From Bacteroidota bacterium (GTDB lineage Bacteria; Bacteroidota; Bacteroidia; Bacteroidales; CAIXZF01): a DNA stretch of 64,000 nucleotides. This document shows, piece by piece, positions 20,232 through 29,416 of the stretch. The translations under genes were made by a program, and so were the position numbers. The stretch covers positions 31,744-95,743 of the forward strand of contig JBAXPV010000012.1 in NCBI GenBank assembly GCA_037132075.1, read 5' to 3'. The notes under the pieces were generated by a model, which was given only the letters and a program-made list of their open reading frames with translations, ran no database searches and was not told where the DNA came from. Position 1 is the stretch's first letter. Each line of letters begins with the position of its first letter.

Positions 20232-20844
20232 TTTGAATGTCAGGTCTTAACGATGAATGAATAAAACGTTTTACCTCCTCCTGCCTTGTCAAAAGAAAGG
20301 TGTCAAAAGCACTATTGTCGTTGGAAAAAAACAAGCCCTTCAGAATAGGCCTGCCTATAATTGGGAATACACACAAAGCGATAATATTGACAAACAAATG
20401 CTTCCCGTCAATTTTCCGGATGTTGCCCTTTTGGTACTCCTCCGAAACTTGCTCCTGAAATGAATCCAGAAGAATGCCACGGGAGCTGATAAAATCAAGC
20501 AAACGCTCCGGATTGCTGCCAATCTCACCAATGACAAAACCAGGTAAATAAGGGTTGTCAATCAACAAAGTGATATAATTCTCTATAAATGAATCAATTT
20601 TTTGATCAAATGATGCTTCTGAACGCAGCAATTCATTGACATTCCGGGCAAATTTGCTAAAGGCTTCCTGGAACACTATCTCAAACAATTTTTCTTTACT
20701 CCGAAAGTAATAATGCAAGAGGGCTTTGTTGATCCCCGCCTCATCAGCGATTTCTTGCATCCTGGCACCTTCTCGCCCACGAATTCCAAATACCTTCCTC
20801 GCGGCGGCAAGGATAGCTTCTTCTGAAGTTTTTGACGCTGTCAT
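20218..20844 (-). CDS. TetR/AcrR family transcriptional regulator
   Basis: N-terminal HTH (RMQEIADEAGINKALLHYYFRSKEKLF). It is the first gene of the exporter operon. Confidence 0.9.
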   Translation of the reverse strand: MTASKTSEEAILAAARKVFGIRGREGARMQEIADEAGINKALLHYYFRSKEKLFEIVFQEAFSKFARNVNELLRSEASFDQKIDSFIENYITLLIDNPYLPGFVIGEIGSNPERLLDFISSRGILLDSFQEQVSEEYQKGNIRKIDGKHLFVNIIALCVFPIIGRPILKGLFFSNDNSAFDTFLLTRQEEVKRFIHSSLRPDIQNDDL

Positions 20845-20858
20845 TCTGTTTTAACTGT

Positions 20859-20871
20859 TTGGTTTAACCAA
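20859..20871. promoter_or_regulatory. 13-bp palindrome TTGGTTTAACCAA, candidate TetR operator
   Basis: Perfect palindrome 15 nt upstream of the TetR ATG. Confidence 0.35.
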
Positions 20872-20920
20872 CTGGTCAAAATTACAACAAATAACAATCG
20901 CTTGTCACGTTTTATTTAAA

Positions 20921-20979
20921 AGAAATTAAGAATAGCGTTTCAGAAAGAAATTAAGAATAGCGTTTCAGAAAGAAATTAA
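20921..20979. repeat. 25-bp tandem direct repeat, about 2.4 copies (AGAAATTAAGAATAGCGTTTCAGAA)
   Basis: Two perfect copies (20921..20945 and 20946..20970) plus a partial third copy that contains the stop codon of the LysM transglycosylase gene. Confidence 0.85.
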
Positions 20980-22640
20980 CCTTCCAGTGAAATTTTGATT
21001 TTCTGGCCGAGCTTTAAGCCTTTGTCATTCTGGATATTGTTCAGTTTTTTAATTTCCTGAACAGAGGCTCCTTTATATTGACTGGCGATTCTCCAGAGGG
21101 TATCACCCTGGCGAACGGTGTGATAGATTACCTTTTCAGTATCAAGAACCGGGGATGAATCACTCACGACGCTTCCATTATTTTTTGCGATAATGCTGCT
21201 GTAATACGCCCTGTAATTAAAAGTATCCTGAGGAACGCTAATGACATAAGCCGGATTAACGTTAAGTTTAGGGCTCGTCTTTACCTTGTCACTGTCACTT
21301 TTGGCAATAAGTTTGTCGGGGACGGCAACGGGTTTGAGTTCTTTCACAAAAACATAAAGTTCCTGCCGGGGCTTCACAGAATTCGATTTCAACTTATTCC
21401 ACTGCTTGATATCGCTGGAACTCACATGATATTTCTTCGCGATGCTCGCCATGGTTTCTCCCTTTCTAACCACATGCAGGGTGCTCCTTTCCTGGTACTC
21501 CCTAACCTGAACCATAAACTTCTCCCGATCCTGCATCTTGGACGTTCTGTAGCAATAGAGTGCTGTCTCATTGTTGATGAAATCTGCAACATTGGCCCTG
21601 GGCAGACGCAAATAGAATACATTGTCGCCGCCTGAAGGAATGATATCTTTGGTATAAGCCGGATTGAGGAATCGAATATTTTCAATCGGAATCCCGAACA
21701 TTTCAGAGATCTGGTCAAAAGTCAGCATTTGTTTTACACATACCGAATCAATTTCTGTAGCTGTGATCCCAGGATAAACCGGGTAAAGGTTATGCTCTGT
21801 GGCATAGGTTATCACATAGCTTGCAGCGATGAAAGCCGGCACATAATCCCGGGTCTCCCTGGGTAAATATCTTTGGACAACCCAATAATCCATCACACCG
21901 CCAGCCCTGCGGATGGCTTTGTTCACATTTCCTGCACCAGCATTGTAGGCAGCCAAAACCAATGCCCAGTCATGATAAATGCAATACAAGTCCTGCATGT
22001 GACGACAGGCAGCGATTGTCGCTTTATAAGGATCGTTACGATCATCCACCAGGGTGCTTACTTTCAGGTCATACATTTTCCCGGTACCGTACATAAACTG
22101 CCACAAACCTTTGGCGCCAACAGGTGATTTGGCAACAGGGTTCAAGGCAGATTCAATAACAGCCAGGTATTTCAATTCCAAAGGCATGCCAAAACGATCC
22201 AGCTGCTCCTCAAATAAGGGAAAGTAAATTTTTGCCATTCCCAGAATCTTGGATGTTAGCGCACGCTTTCTGTTGGCATATAACTCTATAAATTGCTTAA
22301 CCTGAGGATTGTAAATATAACCGAATGTTGATCCTTTGTCCATTTTATGGATACGGGCTTCATACACTGAATCAGAAAAATAAGGAACATATCCATCAGG
22401 ATAATGATAGACATTCAGCGGGCCACGATCGGCAGCATAATCAGGAAAACCAGTAAACGTGTAATGCGCCAGACTATCCAACATAGCAACAATCTGTCCA
22501 TCCTTTATAATTTCTAAAGGAATCGCTTTGTTCGTAGTATCAGTTGTGTATTTGTTCGAACTCGCAAAAGAACTGCAGGCAATAAGCAGTCCTGTAAGGC
22601 TTAATCCGAGTCTTACCCATAAAGGTTTGTGGATTCGCAT
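20976..22640 (-). CDS. MltD-like lytic transglycosylase with C-terminal LysM domains
   Basis: SLT motif (AVIESALNPVAKSPVGAKGLWQFM...AYNAG). Two LysM repeats are present (HVVRKGETMASIAKKY... and HTVRQGDTLWRIASQY...). The start is taken at the internal ATG 22640 (MRIHKPLWVRLGLSLTGLLIACSS signal); the ORF track extends to 22784. Confidence 0.85.
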   Translation of the reverse strand: MRIHKPLWVRLGLSLTGLLIACSSFASSNKYTTDTTNKAIPLEIIKDGQIVAMLDSLAHYTFTGFPDYAADRGPLNVYHYPDGYVPYFSDSVYEARIHKMDKGSTFGYIYNPQVKQFIELYANRKRALTSKILGMAKIYFPLFEEQLDRFGMPLELKYLAVIESALNPVAKSPVGAKGLWQFMYGTGKMYDLKVSTLVDDRNDPYKATIAACRHMQDLYCIYHDWALVLAAYNAGAGNVNKAIRRAGGVMDYWVVQRYLPRETRDYVPAFIAASYVITYATEHNLYPVYPGITATEIDSVCVKQMLTFDQISEMFGIPIENIRFLNPAYTKDIIPSGGDNVFYLRLPRANVADFINNETALYCYRTSKMQDREKFMVQVREYQERSTLHVVRKGETMASIAKKYHVSSSDIKQWNKLKSNSVKPRQELYVFVKELKPVAVPDKLIAKSDSDKVKTSPKLNVNPAYVISVPQDTFNYRAYYSSIIAKNNGSVVSDSSPVLDTEKVIYHTVRQGDTLWRIASQYKGASVQEIKKLNNIQNDKGLKLGQKIKISLEG

Positions 22641-22787
22641 TCTGTTTGTCTTTTGTTTGGCGATGATAAATGGATTTGTTTGAGAACTCAAGTTTACAAA
22701 AATATAGCTTAAAACTAACGATTTTTTAACAATTTTTATTGTTTTCAACAATCGCTTGTTAAATAAGCTGTAAGCAACGTACATTGC

Positions 22788-22819
22788 AAAAATAATGCCA
22801 GCTATTGCGCAAATAGCTG
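22788..22819 (-). terminator. putative intrinsic terminator after tatA
   Basis: 8-bp stem CAGCTATT/AATAGCTG with a 5-nt loop, followed on the - strand by a T-run. Confidence 0.45.
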
Positions 22820-22895
22820 AATTACAATATCAATAATCTTTCTAATCTAGAAAATTCCCGGCGAAAATTGCCTTATTCCGGAACCAAAAGGATGC

Positions 22896-23099
22896 TTATT
22901 TCTTCTCTTCAGCTTGATCTGGTTTCTTATCTTTCTCTGAATCCTGAGGGGTGTTCATCGCATCTTTGAACTCACGAATTCCAGTTCCCAGCCCTTTCAT
23001 TAACTCAGGAATCTTCTTTCCACCGAAAAGCAACAATACAACGGCAATGATTAGGACACCCTGCCAGATATTAAGACCCATTAATAACATACTTGTCAT
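22896..23099 (-). CDS. tatA: twin-arginine translocase TatA/TatE family subunit
   Basis: 67 aa with a single TM segment followed by [21 protein letters not shown]. Confidence 0.85.
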   Translation of the reverse strand: MTSMLLMGLNIWQGVLIIAVVLLLFGGKKIPELMKGLGTGIREFKDAMNTPQDSEKDKKPDQAEEKK

Positions 23100-23159
23100 T
23101 TTACTTAGGATTAATATTGCAAAGATACGAAAATATAACTCACAACACGGATTTATGTC

Positions 23160-24680
23160 CTAATCTTCCTGGAGTTCAGGAAGTATTTTCACGCCATCAT
23201 AACGGGTCTCCATTCCGTTTTTATAGGTAACTACCAGGAAAATGCTCCCATCTTCATTAAAACTGATCCAATCTCCCTGCTTTTGTCCCATCACATAGCT
23301 ACCCTCGTCTTTTCTGTTGCCATTGTACCAGTAATAGACATGATGTCCATCAGGTTGATCCTCAACAAAATGGCCTGAAAATTCGAGTTTGTCATTGTCA
23401 TAATAATATTTCCACTCTCCATCCCGCATTCCGTTAACATAATTCCCTTGCTCTTTATGGTCCCGGTAATCAAAAATCCAAGGCCCTTGCTCCAGGCCAT
23501 CAATATAAGAGCCTTTTACTATAACCTTTGCATCTTCGCCATATTCGACCATCAGGCCATCCTCGTTTCCATTGGAATAACTCATTTCCTTACGCAGGTC
23601 CCCCTCCTCATAATACCATTTCCAATCACCATCAGGTCTGCCTTTGTTGTCGAACATGCCGATTTCTTCCAACTTGCTATTGGGATGATAAAATTTCCAT
23701 TCTCCTATACGCTTCCCATCCTTGTACTTACCTTCAGCTTTAAGCTTTCCGCTTTCAAAATATTCCTTCCAGGCGCCTTGCCTGAAACCTTCCAAATCAG
23801 TGATGCCATCGCCGATTTTTATACCGCGATAATATACAAAGCCTTTCTCTAATTTACCGTCTTCTGAAAATTCACGCCTGATCCCATCAGGAACGTTATT
23901 CTTATACTGAGCCATGATTTTTACTTTGCCACTTTTATAGTAATCAGCCCGCACATCAATCTTGGCAACTTCTTCTGCATCAGGAATTAAACTGTCATTC
24001 TCAAATTTAAACATCTTAAAGAGCTTACCATCACTCATATAATCTTTAAATACCCCATTCCGTTTGTCGTTTCGGTATGTTCCTTCTGACCTGATATTCC
24101 CGTTCTCCCAAAAATTCTTCCAGGTTCCCTGTTTTTTTCCTTCTTTGTCGAGCCGGTTAACATTTTCACGCGATACGATAAAGCCTTTTCGGTATTCCAA
24201 AAGCAAAATAATTCTGCCCGTAGGATCAAACTCTTTAGCCATACCCTGTTCAAGTCCGCTCACAAAAGGAATACTCCGGCGTAGTTTCCCGTCAGGATAA
24301 TAATACAGCGAAAGGCCCTGCTTCACATCGGCGATAAAGTTCTCAGTATACATTTCACCTTCTCGATAGGTCTTCCTGATTCCGTTCTTTTTACCCATTT
24401 TGTAAGAAATCTCCAGGCTTGTTTTCCCATCTTCACCATAGAATCTCCATACACTATCCAGTTCGAAATTCTTACGATTGCCTTCCGACTTTAGTTTTCC
24501 GTCTTCATAAAAAGTCTTCCAATATCCATCTGGCTTGCCCTCCCTTATTTTTCCCTCACTGGAAACTTTTCCATTGCTGTAAAAATAACGTTGTATACCA
24601 GTCGTATCAGTATTTGATTGAGCCACGAGATATTGACTCAAGATGAAAAAGAAAAAAAGAAAAATATACTTTTTAGTCAT
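23160..24680 (-). CDS. MORN / YwqK-like repeat protein, secreted
   Basis: 506 aa with a signal peptide and about 20 repeats of the G.W..YYENGK.....Y..GK..G pattern. Confidence 0.75.
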   Translation of the reverse strand: MTKKYIFLFFFFILSQYLVAQSNTDTTGIQRYFYSNGKVSSEGKIREGKPDGYWKTFYEDGKLKSEGNRKNFELDSVWRFYGEDGKTSLEISYKMGKKNGIRKTYREGEMYTENFIADVKQGLSLYYYPDGKLRRSIPFVSGLEQGMAKEFDPTGRIILLLEYRKGFIVSRENVNRLDKEGKKQGTWKNFWENGNIRSEGTYRNDKRNGVFKDYMSDGKLFKMFKFENDSLIPDAEEVAKIDVRADYYKSGKVKIMAQYKNNVPDGIRREFSEDGKLEKGFVYYRGIKIGDGITDLEGFRQGAWKEYFESGKLKAEGKYKDGKRIGEWKFYHPNSKLEEIGMFDNKGRPDGDWKWYYEEGDLRKEMSYSNGNEDGLMVEYGEDAKVIVKGSYIDGLEQGPWIFDYRDHKEQGNYVNGMRDGEWKYYYDNDKLEFSGHFVEDQPDGHHVYYWYNGNRKDEGSYVMGQKQGDWISFNEDGSIFLVVTYKNGMETRYDGVKILPELQED

Positions 24681-24681
24681 A

Positions 24682-25662
24682 TTACCGGACTAATTTACCC
24701 TGTTTTGAAATATCCAGCATTCTTTCTATCGGAAGAATAGCCTGGTCAATTACTTCCCTGGAGACGATTATCTCTGGCGTTTCATTGATTAAACAACGAT
24801 ACAACTTTTGAATTGTATTTAGCTTCATGTATGGACAATCATTACAAGAACATGTTTCATCCGCCGGTACAATTAGAAACTCTTTGCCAGGACTTAATTT
24901 TTTCATCTGGTGGAGTATCCCTGTCTCCGTGGCAACAATGAATTTTGTCTTATCAGAAGAAACTGTATAATCAAGTAAAGCTGTTGTAGAACCTACGAAA
25001 TCAGCCAAAGCTAAGATTGGTGCCTTACACTCAGGATGGGCTATAAGTGCAGCATCAGGATGAGCTATCTTTAAGTTAATTACACTTTCAGTTGTTAATA
25101 TATCATGTACCTCACAACTTCCATCCCACAAAACCATGTTTCTCCCTGTTGCACCGCTCACAAAAGCACCCAGGTTTTTGTCTGGCGCAAAAATGAGTTT
25201 CTGATCCTTTGGAAATGACTCCACAATAGCAACAGCATTACTGGATGTACATATCACATCCGACATCGTTTTAATGGCAGCTGAACAATTGATATAAGAA
25301 ACAACCTTGTGATCCGGATACTGCTCAATAAACTTTTTAAAATCATCAGCAGGACAGGAATCTGCCAAAGAACATCCTGCATTTAAGTCCGGCAAAATTA
25401 CCTTTTTTGTTGGATTTAAAATTTTTGCCGTCTCTGCCATAAAATGAACCCCGGCAAAAATAATCAGGTCAGCCTGTGTATCCCTGGCTTGCTGAGAAAG
25501 GCCCAAACTATCACCTACATAATCAGCAATATCCTGAATTTCAGGTAACTGATAATAATGCGCCAGTAAAATTGCATTTTTTTCTTTCTTTAAGATGAGA
25601 AACTTTTTAATGATTTCCGCATCGGAAAGTACTTCACCCGTTTTATCAACTATACTATACAT
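24682..25662 (-). CDS. nadA: quinolinate synthase
   Basis: 326 aa with NadA-type motifs (ILLAHYYQ, FAGVHFMAETAKIL, YINCSAAIK, IAHPEC, CPYMK). Confidence 0.93.
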   Translation of the reverse strand: MYSIVDKTGEVLSDAEIIKKFLILKKEKNAILLAHYYQLPEIQDIADYVGDSLGLSQQARDTQADLIIFAGVHFMAETAKILNPTKKVILPDLNAGCSLADSCPADDFKKFIEQYPDHKVVSYINCSAAIKTMSDVICTSSNAVAIVESFPKDQKLIFAPDKNLGAFVSGATGRNMVLWDGSCEVHDILTTESVINLKIAHPDAALIAHPECKAPILALADFVGSTTALLDYTVSSDKTKFIVATETGILHQMKKLSPGKEFLIVPADETCSCNDCPYMKLNTIQKLYRCLINETPEIIVSREVIDQAILPIERMLDISKQGKLVR

Positions 25663-26099
25663 TAATAATATTTATTAAAGTATTCTTAAAAAGAATATGG
25701 TAGTTATTTAGTGTTGTTCATAGTGAGGATAACTTTTTCAAAAAAAAATATCCTCCGTGTTTGACGGCTTGTTAACGAACTTATGATCGCTTTAGTTTTT
25801 GAAGCTGAGCTTTTTAAAATCATTTCAACATCCGGTTAATTACGCCCTGTTAATGAATCAGGCTTATCAACAGGTTCATAAACATGGGTACAAAATGAGC
25901 ATAAAAAGAGGCTTATTAACTAAAATGAGCAAATCATAATTTTATCACCAATCCCTTGAGCAAAGGTACTGACTTATTAACAAATTCATTGTTATAACTA
26001 TAAAAGTGTGTTTATCAGGGAATTAATTTTATTTATGAAAACTTAGTTTTTATAAACGCCTAAAAATGACCTATTTTCCAGGCGGGTAAAAAAAAGCTT

Positions 26100-26107
26100 T
26101 ATCTTTG
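26100..26107 (+). promoter_or_regulatory. -7 promoter box (TATCTTTG) upstream of rpiB
   Basis: TAnnTTTG match 24 nt upstream of the ATG. Confidence 0.35.
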
Positions 26108-26130
26108 TTTAAAATGAATTATTAACAAGC

Positions 26131-26589
26131 ATGGAAAGAGGTATTGTAATTGCCATTGGAAGTGATCATGCAGGTTATCTGCTCAAGGAAACCTTAAAAA
26201 ATATAATTAAGTCTTATGGATTTGATTATCACGATTTTGGAACGTTTTCTGACCAGAGTGTTGATTATCCTGATTATGCCATTCCCTTATGTCAATCAAT
26301 AGTAAAGGTAGACTATAAATATGGAATACTGATCTGTGGTACGGGTAATGGGATGAGTATGACGGCCAACAAATTTCCGGAAATAAGGGCAGCACTTTGC
26401 TGGAAACCTGAGATTGCAGTGATGGCCCGGCAACATAACGATGCCAATGTTCTGGTGCTTCCTTCGCGTCATTTAACAGATGAGGAAGCACGGCTTATTT
26501 TTCTTTCCTTTGTTGACACTGACTTCGAAGGAGGCCGGCATATAGAAAGGTTGTTGAAAATGAGTAATTCATACCAGGTTGAAGAATAA
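26131..26589 (+). CDS. rpiB: ribose 5-phosphate isomerase B
   Basis: 152 aa with IAIGSDHAGY, CGTGNGMSMTANK and RQHNDANVL motifs. Confidence 0.9.
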   Translation: MERGIVIAIGSDHAGYLLKETLKNIIKSYGFDYHDFGTFSDQSVDYPDYAIPLCQSIVKVDYKYGILICGTGNGMSMTANKFPEIRAALCWKPEIAVMARQHNDANVLVLPSRHLTDEEARLIFLSFVDTDFEGGRHIERLLKMSNSYQVEE

Positions 26590-26608
26590 AACTTAAAATC
26601 ATACAGGG

Positions 26609-28003
26609 ATGTCGGAGTTGATGCATAAGTTTTTACAGGATGCTGAAGAAAAGGCTTTTGATCGTGACCATAGGAGGAAGATTAAATTCAACATTGGCAA
26701 GTATGATCAGGCTGTGGAGGATGGAATGGAGAGGCAATTCCAGGATCTGGAGCTTGCAAGGGAGAGAGCAGCATATATTAAACACAAGTCAATCAATGAG
26801 TTAGATAAATATCTTATTGAGTTTGAAGCCAATTTTTCCAGTCGTGGCGGCAAAGTACTTTGGGCCCAGGATGACAAAGAAGCAGTAAAGGAGATCTATA
26901 AAATTCTGAGGAAGCACGATGCAAAATTGGTGGTTAAGATGAAATCTATGACCAGCGAGGAACTCGAGCTGAATGCCTTTCTCAAAAAACACAAAATTGA
27001 AGGTGTTGAAACAGATCTTGGTGAATATATAGTTCAGCTTGCCGGCGAGAAGCCATACCATATTCTCACGCCCGCCATGCATAAGTCGAAGGAAGACGTT
27101 GCCGAACTTTTCAATCAGAAATTTGAGACTCCGATCGATTCAACACCGCAACAGATTACCTTATTCGTAAGGCAGCTGTTACGGGAGAAGTTTATCACTG
27201 CAGAAGCAGGAATCACCGGGGCAAATTTTCTCATTGCCGATACAGGAGCCGTTGCACTCACCGAAAATGAAGGCAATGGCATGATGTCATTTACCTTTCC
27301 AAAGGTTCATATTGTCATTGCTGGTATTGAAAAGGTGATCCCATCTCTGAAAGACCTTGACTTGTTTTGGCCTTTGGTTGCCACCATGGGAACAGGACAA
27401 AAGATCACAGCTTATAATTCTATCGTTTCAGGACCCAGGCAGGAAGGTGAAATTGATGGTCCGGAGGAGATGTATGTAATCCTGATCGACAATGGAAGAA
27501 CGAATTTGCTGGAACAAACTGAACAGCGAAGGTCATTATCCTGTATTCATTGCGGAGCCTGCCTGAATGCATGCCCTGTTTACCGTAATATTGGAGGACA
27601 TACCTATAATACGCCCTACAGTGGCCCGATCGGTTCTGTTATTACGCCCTGGATGTTCGGAATGAAAGAATACAAGCATCTTAGTTTCGCCTCTACTTTA
27701 TGCGGAAAGTGCTCAGATGTTTGCCCGGTTAAAATCAATCTTCATGAACAACTCCTTGCCAACCGAAGGGATGCAGTGAAGCTCGGCTATACCACTGGTA
27801 GTGAAAAACTCCTGATGTTTAGCTGGCGACGCGTGATGACCAAACGCTGGATGCTCGATTACGGTAAAGCAGGGATGAGAAATTATGCCCTGCGAAAGTT
27901 CTTTGCGAAAAACTGGGGCAGCCGTCGGGAATTACCTGTTATTCCTGAAAAGAACTTTAAACAACTTTGGCTGGAAAGACGCGGTATCGGCAACAAACGC
28001 TGA
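26609..28003 (+). CDS. LutB-like iron-sulfur protein (LUD domain + 2x 4Fe-4S ferredoxin motifs)
   Basis: 464 aa with CIHCGACLNACPV and CGKCSDVCPV cluster motifs and an LUD-type N-terminal region. Confidence 0.85.
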   Translation: MSELMHKFLQDAEEKAFDRDHRRKIKFNIGKYDQAVEDGMERQFQDLELARERAAYIKHKSINELDKYLIEFEANFSSRGGKVLWAQDDKEAVKEIYKILRKHDAKLVVKMKSMTSEELELNAFLKKHKIEGVETDLGEYIVQLAGEKPYHILTPAMHKSKEDVAELFNQKFETPIDSTPQQITLFVRQLLREKFITAEAGITGANFLIADTGAVALTENEGNGMMSFTFPKVHIVIAGIEKVIPSLKDLDLFWPLVATMGTGQKITAYNSIVSGPRQEGEIDGPEEMYVILIDNGRTNLLEQTEQRRSLSCIHCGACLNACPVYRNIGGHTYNTPYSGPIGSVITPWMFGMKEYKHLSFASTLCGKCSDVCPVKINLHEQLLANRRDAVKLGYTTGSEKLLMFSWRRVMTKRWMLDYGKAGMRNYALRKFFAKNWGSRRELPVIPEKNFKQLWLERRGIGNKR

Positions 28004-28051
28004 GGATAGAATCATTTTTTTCCAATAATATTGCAATTCAGCAAAAATAAC

Positions 28052-28059
28052 TACATTTG
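28052..28059 (+). promoter_or_regulatory. -7 promoter box (TACATTTG) for tRNA-Ala
   Basis: TAnnTTTG match 15 nt upstream of the mature tRNA 5' end. Confidence 0.4.
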
Positions 28060-28073
28060 CGCCCTCTAAGAAT

Positions 28074-28147
28074 GGGGTGTTAGCTCAGTTGGCTAGAGCG
28101 TTAGACTGGCAGTCTAAAGGTCAGGGGTTCGACTCCCCTACGCTCCA
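28074..28147 (+). tRNA. tRNA-Ala (anticodon GGC)
   Basis: Cloverleaf folded by hand. The acceptor stem GGGGTGT/ACGCTCC carries the G3:U70 identity pair. Other elements are D stem GCTC/GAGC, anticodon stem TTAGA/TCTAA, loop CTGGCAG and T arm AGGGG-TTCGACT-CCCCT. CCA is not encoded. Confidence 0.95.
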
Positions 28148-28148
28148 C
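28134..28148 (+). repeat. attL core (last 14 nt of tRNA-Ala plus 1)
   Basis: Identical to 33493..33507. Confidence 0.8.
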
Positions 28149-28202
28149 CTGAAATTTGTCTGAAGGGCTCATTTATGTAAGTAAGTGGGCCTTTTCCTTT
28201 GG

Positions 28203-28231
28203 GGTTTACTGAAACATTACTGAAACATTTT
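28203..28231 (+). repeat. element-internal repeat GGTTTACTGAAACATTACTGAAACATTTT (left copy); candidate integrase arm-type site
   Basis: Contains a tandem ACTGAAACATT. A near-identical copy in the same orientation lies at 33353..33383. Confidence 0.7.
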
Positions 28232-28333
28232 GGTTTTTGTGATCCCCAGTCTTTCATCATTCTGACCTTTAGAATGCCTAACGTATAATGTGATTTTCGG
28301 TCTATTGGGGTAAGTACTGAAAAATTCATCCTT

Positions 28334-28648
28334 TCATTCTTTCTCCCTGTATTGGATATTTATGATAGGCATCTTAACATCTTTCACATCCAATTGAATA
28401 TTTTGATTTATCTTTCCATAAGCCCGTGCAAGCAAAATTTCTGCACTCTTGGTATCTCCTGCAAGGGCCTTTTTCTTCAATTTGCGCAAAATTTCTTCCA
28501 TTGCATTCATATTTCCCTTATCCTCCCCTAATACTTTTGCAAGTAATATGTCAAGATTGGGTAGTTTATGAGGCTGACCTTTTTTGTTGATCCGGGGATC
28601 ATTTTTCACAAATGGCTTCCTTTTATTAAGGTTCTCAGGATTTGGCAT
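28334..28648 (-). CDS. hypothetical protein; weak resemblance to DUF5681-type phage-associated proteins
   Basis: Start taken at the internal ATG (MPNPENLNKRKPFVKNDPRINKKGQPHK...), which removes the overlap with the upstream gene. Basic N-terminus and helical C-terminus. Confidence 0.45.
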   Translation of the reverse strand: MPNPENLNKRKPFVKNDPRINKKGQPHKLPNLDILLAKVLGEDKGNMNAMEEILRKLKKKALAGDTKSAEILLARAYGKINQNIQLDVKDVKMPIINIQYREKE

Positions 28649-28677
28649 TTTCAACTGTTTTTCAACTGTAAATATTA

Positions 28678-28995
28678 TTATGGAAGTTTGACTTGCATAC
28701 AATCATTTGACTTCACAATTATGGTTTTGGGGTTGCCCCAAGCTTGGCCATTTAGATTCCGTGCATCAACTGTGTGATTTCCTGGGCTTAAACTTAAATT
28801 TTGAAAGGCCGGGTCCCCGCAAACTGGCATTTGGGTTGCATGTTTAAGTGAGCCATGTTCTTTTCCATCAACAATCAGGGCCCAATTAGATTGGTCAGTT
28901 GTGTAGAAGGTCACTTTCCCATTTCCGCTGTCTTTTTTGCAAGCCTGGGATAATATCAGCATTGCAATTAATGTACAAGTTGATAAAAATTTCAT
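28678..28995 (-). CDS. small lipoprotein, paralogue A (105 aa)
   Basis: Signal plus lipobox (LILSQAC). Shares VTFYTT...VDGKE.G..KH.TQ.P.CGDPAFQ.LSLS.G.H...WG..K.I.VK...CM..LP with the adjacent gene. Confidence 0.7.
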   Translation of the reverse strand: MKFLSTCTLIAMLILSQACKKDSGNGKVTFYTTDQSNWALIVDGKEHGSLKHATQMPVCGDPAFQNLSLSPGNHTVDARNLNGQAWGNPKTIIVKSNDCMQVKLP

Positions 28996-29007
28996 GAGTT
29001 TTACTAT

Positions 29008-29325
29008 TTATGGAAGATTGATTGTCATACAGGTATCCAATTTCACATAGATTGACTTACCACCACCCCATGTCTGAGTGTCAAGGGCAATTGCTCCTAC
29101 TACATGTGAACCAATGCTAAGGCTAAGTTTTTGGAAGGCCGGATCACCACAATTTGGGGCTTGTGTAGAATGTTTAATCTTGCCATATTCTTTCCCATCT
29201 ACCAACAGGCCCCATCTTTCTGTACTTGTAGTGTAAAAAGTCACATCACCGGTACTTTTTTCTTTGTTACAACCTAATGTAAATGCAAGAAGTAAAAATA
29301 ATGTTGCCAATTTCATGATTTCCAT
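29008..29325 (-). CDS. small lipoprotein, paralogue B (105 aa)
   Basis: Signal plus lipobox (AFTLGC). By hand alignment it is about 55-60% identical to paralogue A over the mature part. Confidence 0.7.
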   Translation of the reverse strand: MEIMKLATLFLLLAFTLGCNKEKSTGDVTFYTTSTERWGLLVDGKEYGKIKHSTQAPNCGDPAFQKLSLSIGSHVVGAIALDTQTWGGGKSIYVKLDTCMTINLP

Positions 29326-29416
29326 TATTTACCCAAAGATAATGCTGTTTTGTATTTTTCGCACTTTATTTTGGGATAAGATTTCTTATCCTTTTCCCAC
29401 TTAATAAAAAGGGTCT

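Noticed and set aside
22641-22784. N-terminal 48-codon extension of the LysM transglycosylase ORF
   Set aside because: The extension has no signal peptide, whereas the internal ATG at 22640 starts a typical lipoprotein-type signal.
23160-24680. Candidate RHS/YD-repeat (TcB/TcC-like) partner for the TcA-like genes
   Set aside because: The repeats fit the MORN/YwqK pattern (G.W..YYENGK), not YD/RHS repeats. The protein has only 506 aa, has a signal peptide and lies 13 kb away on unrelated flanks.
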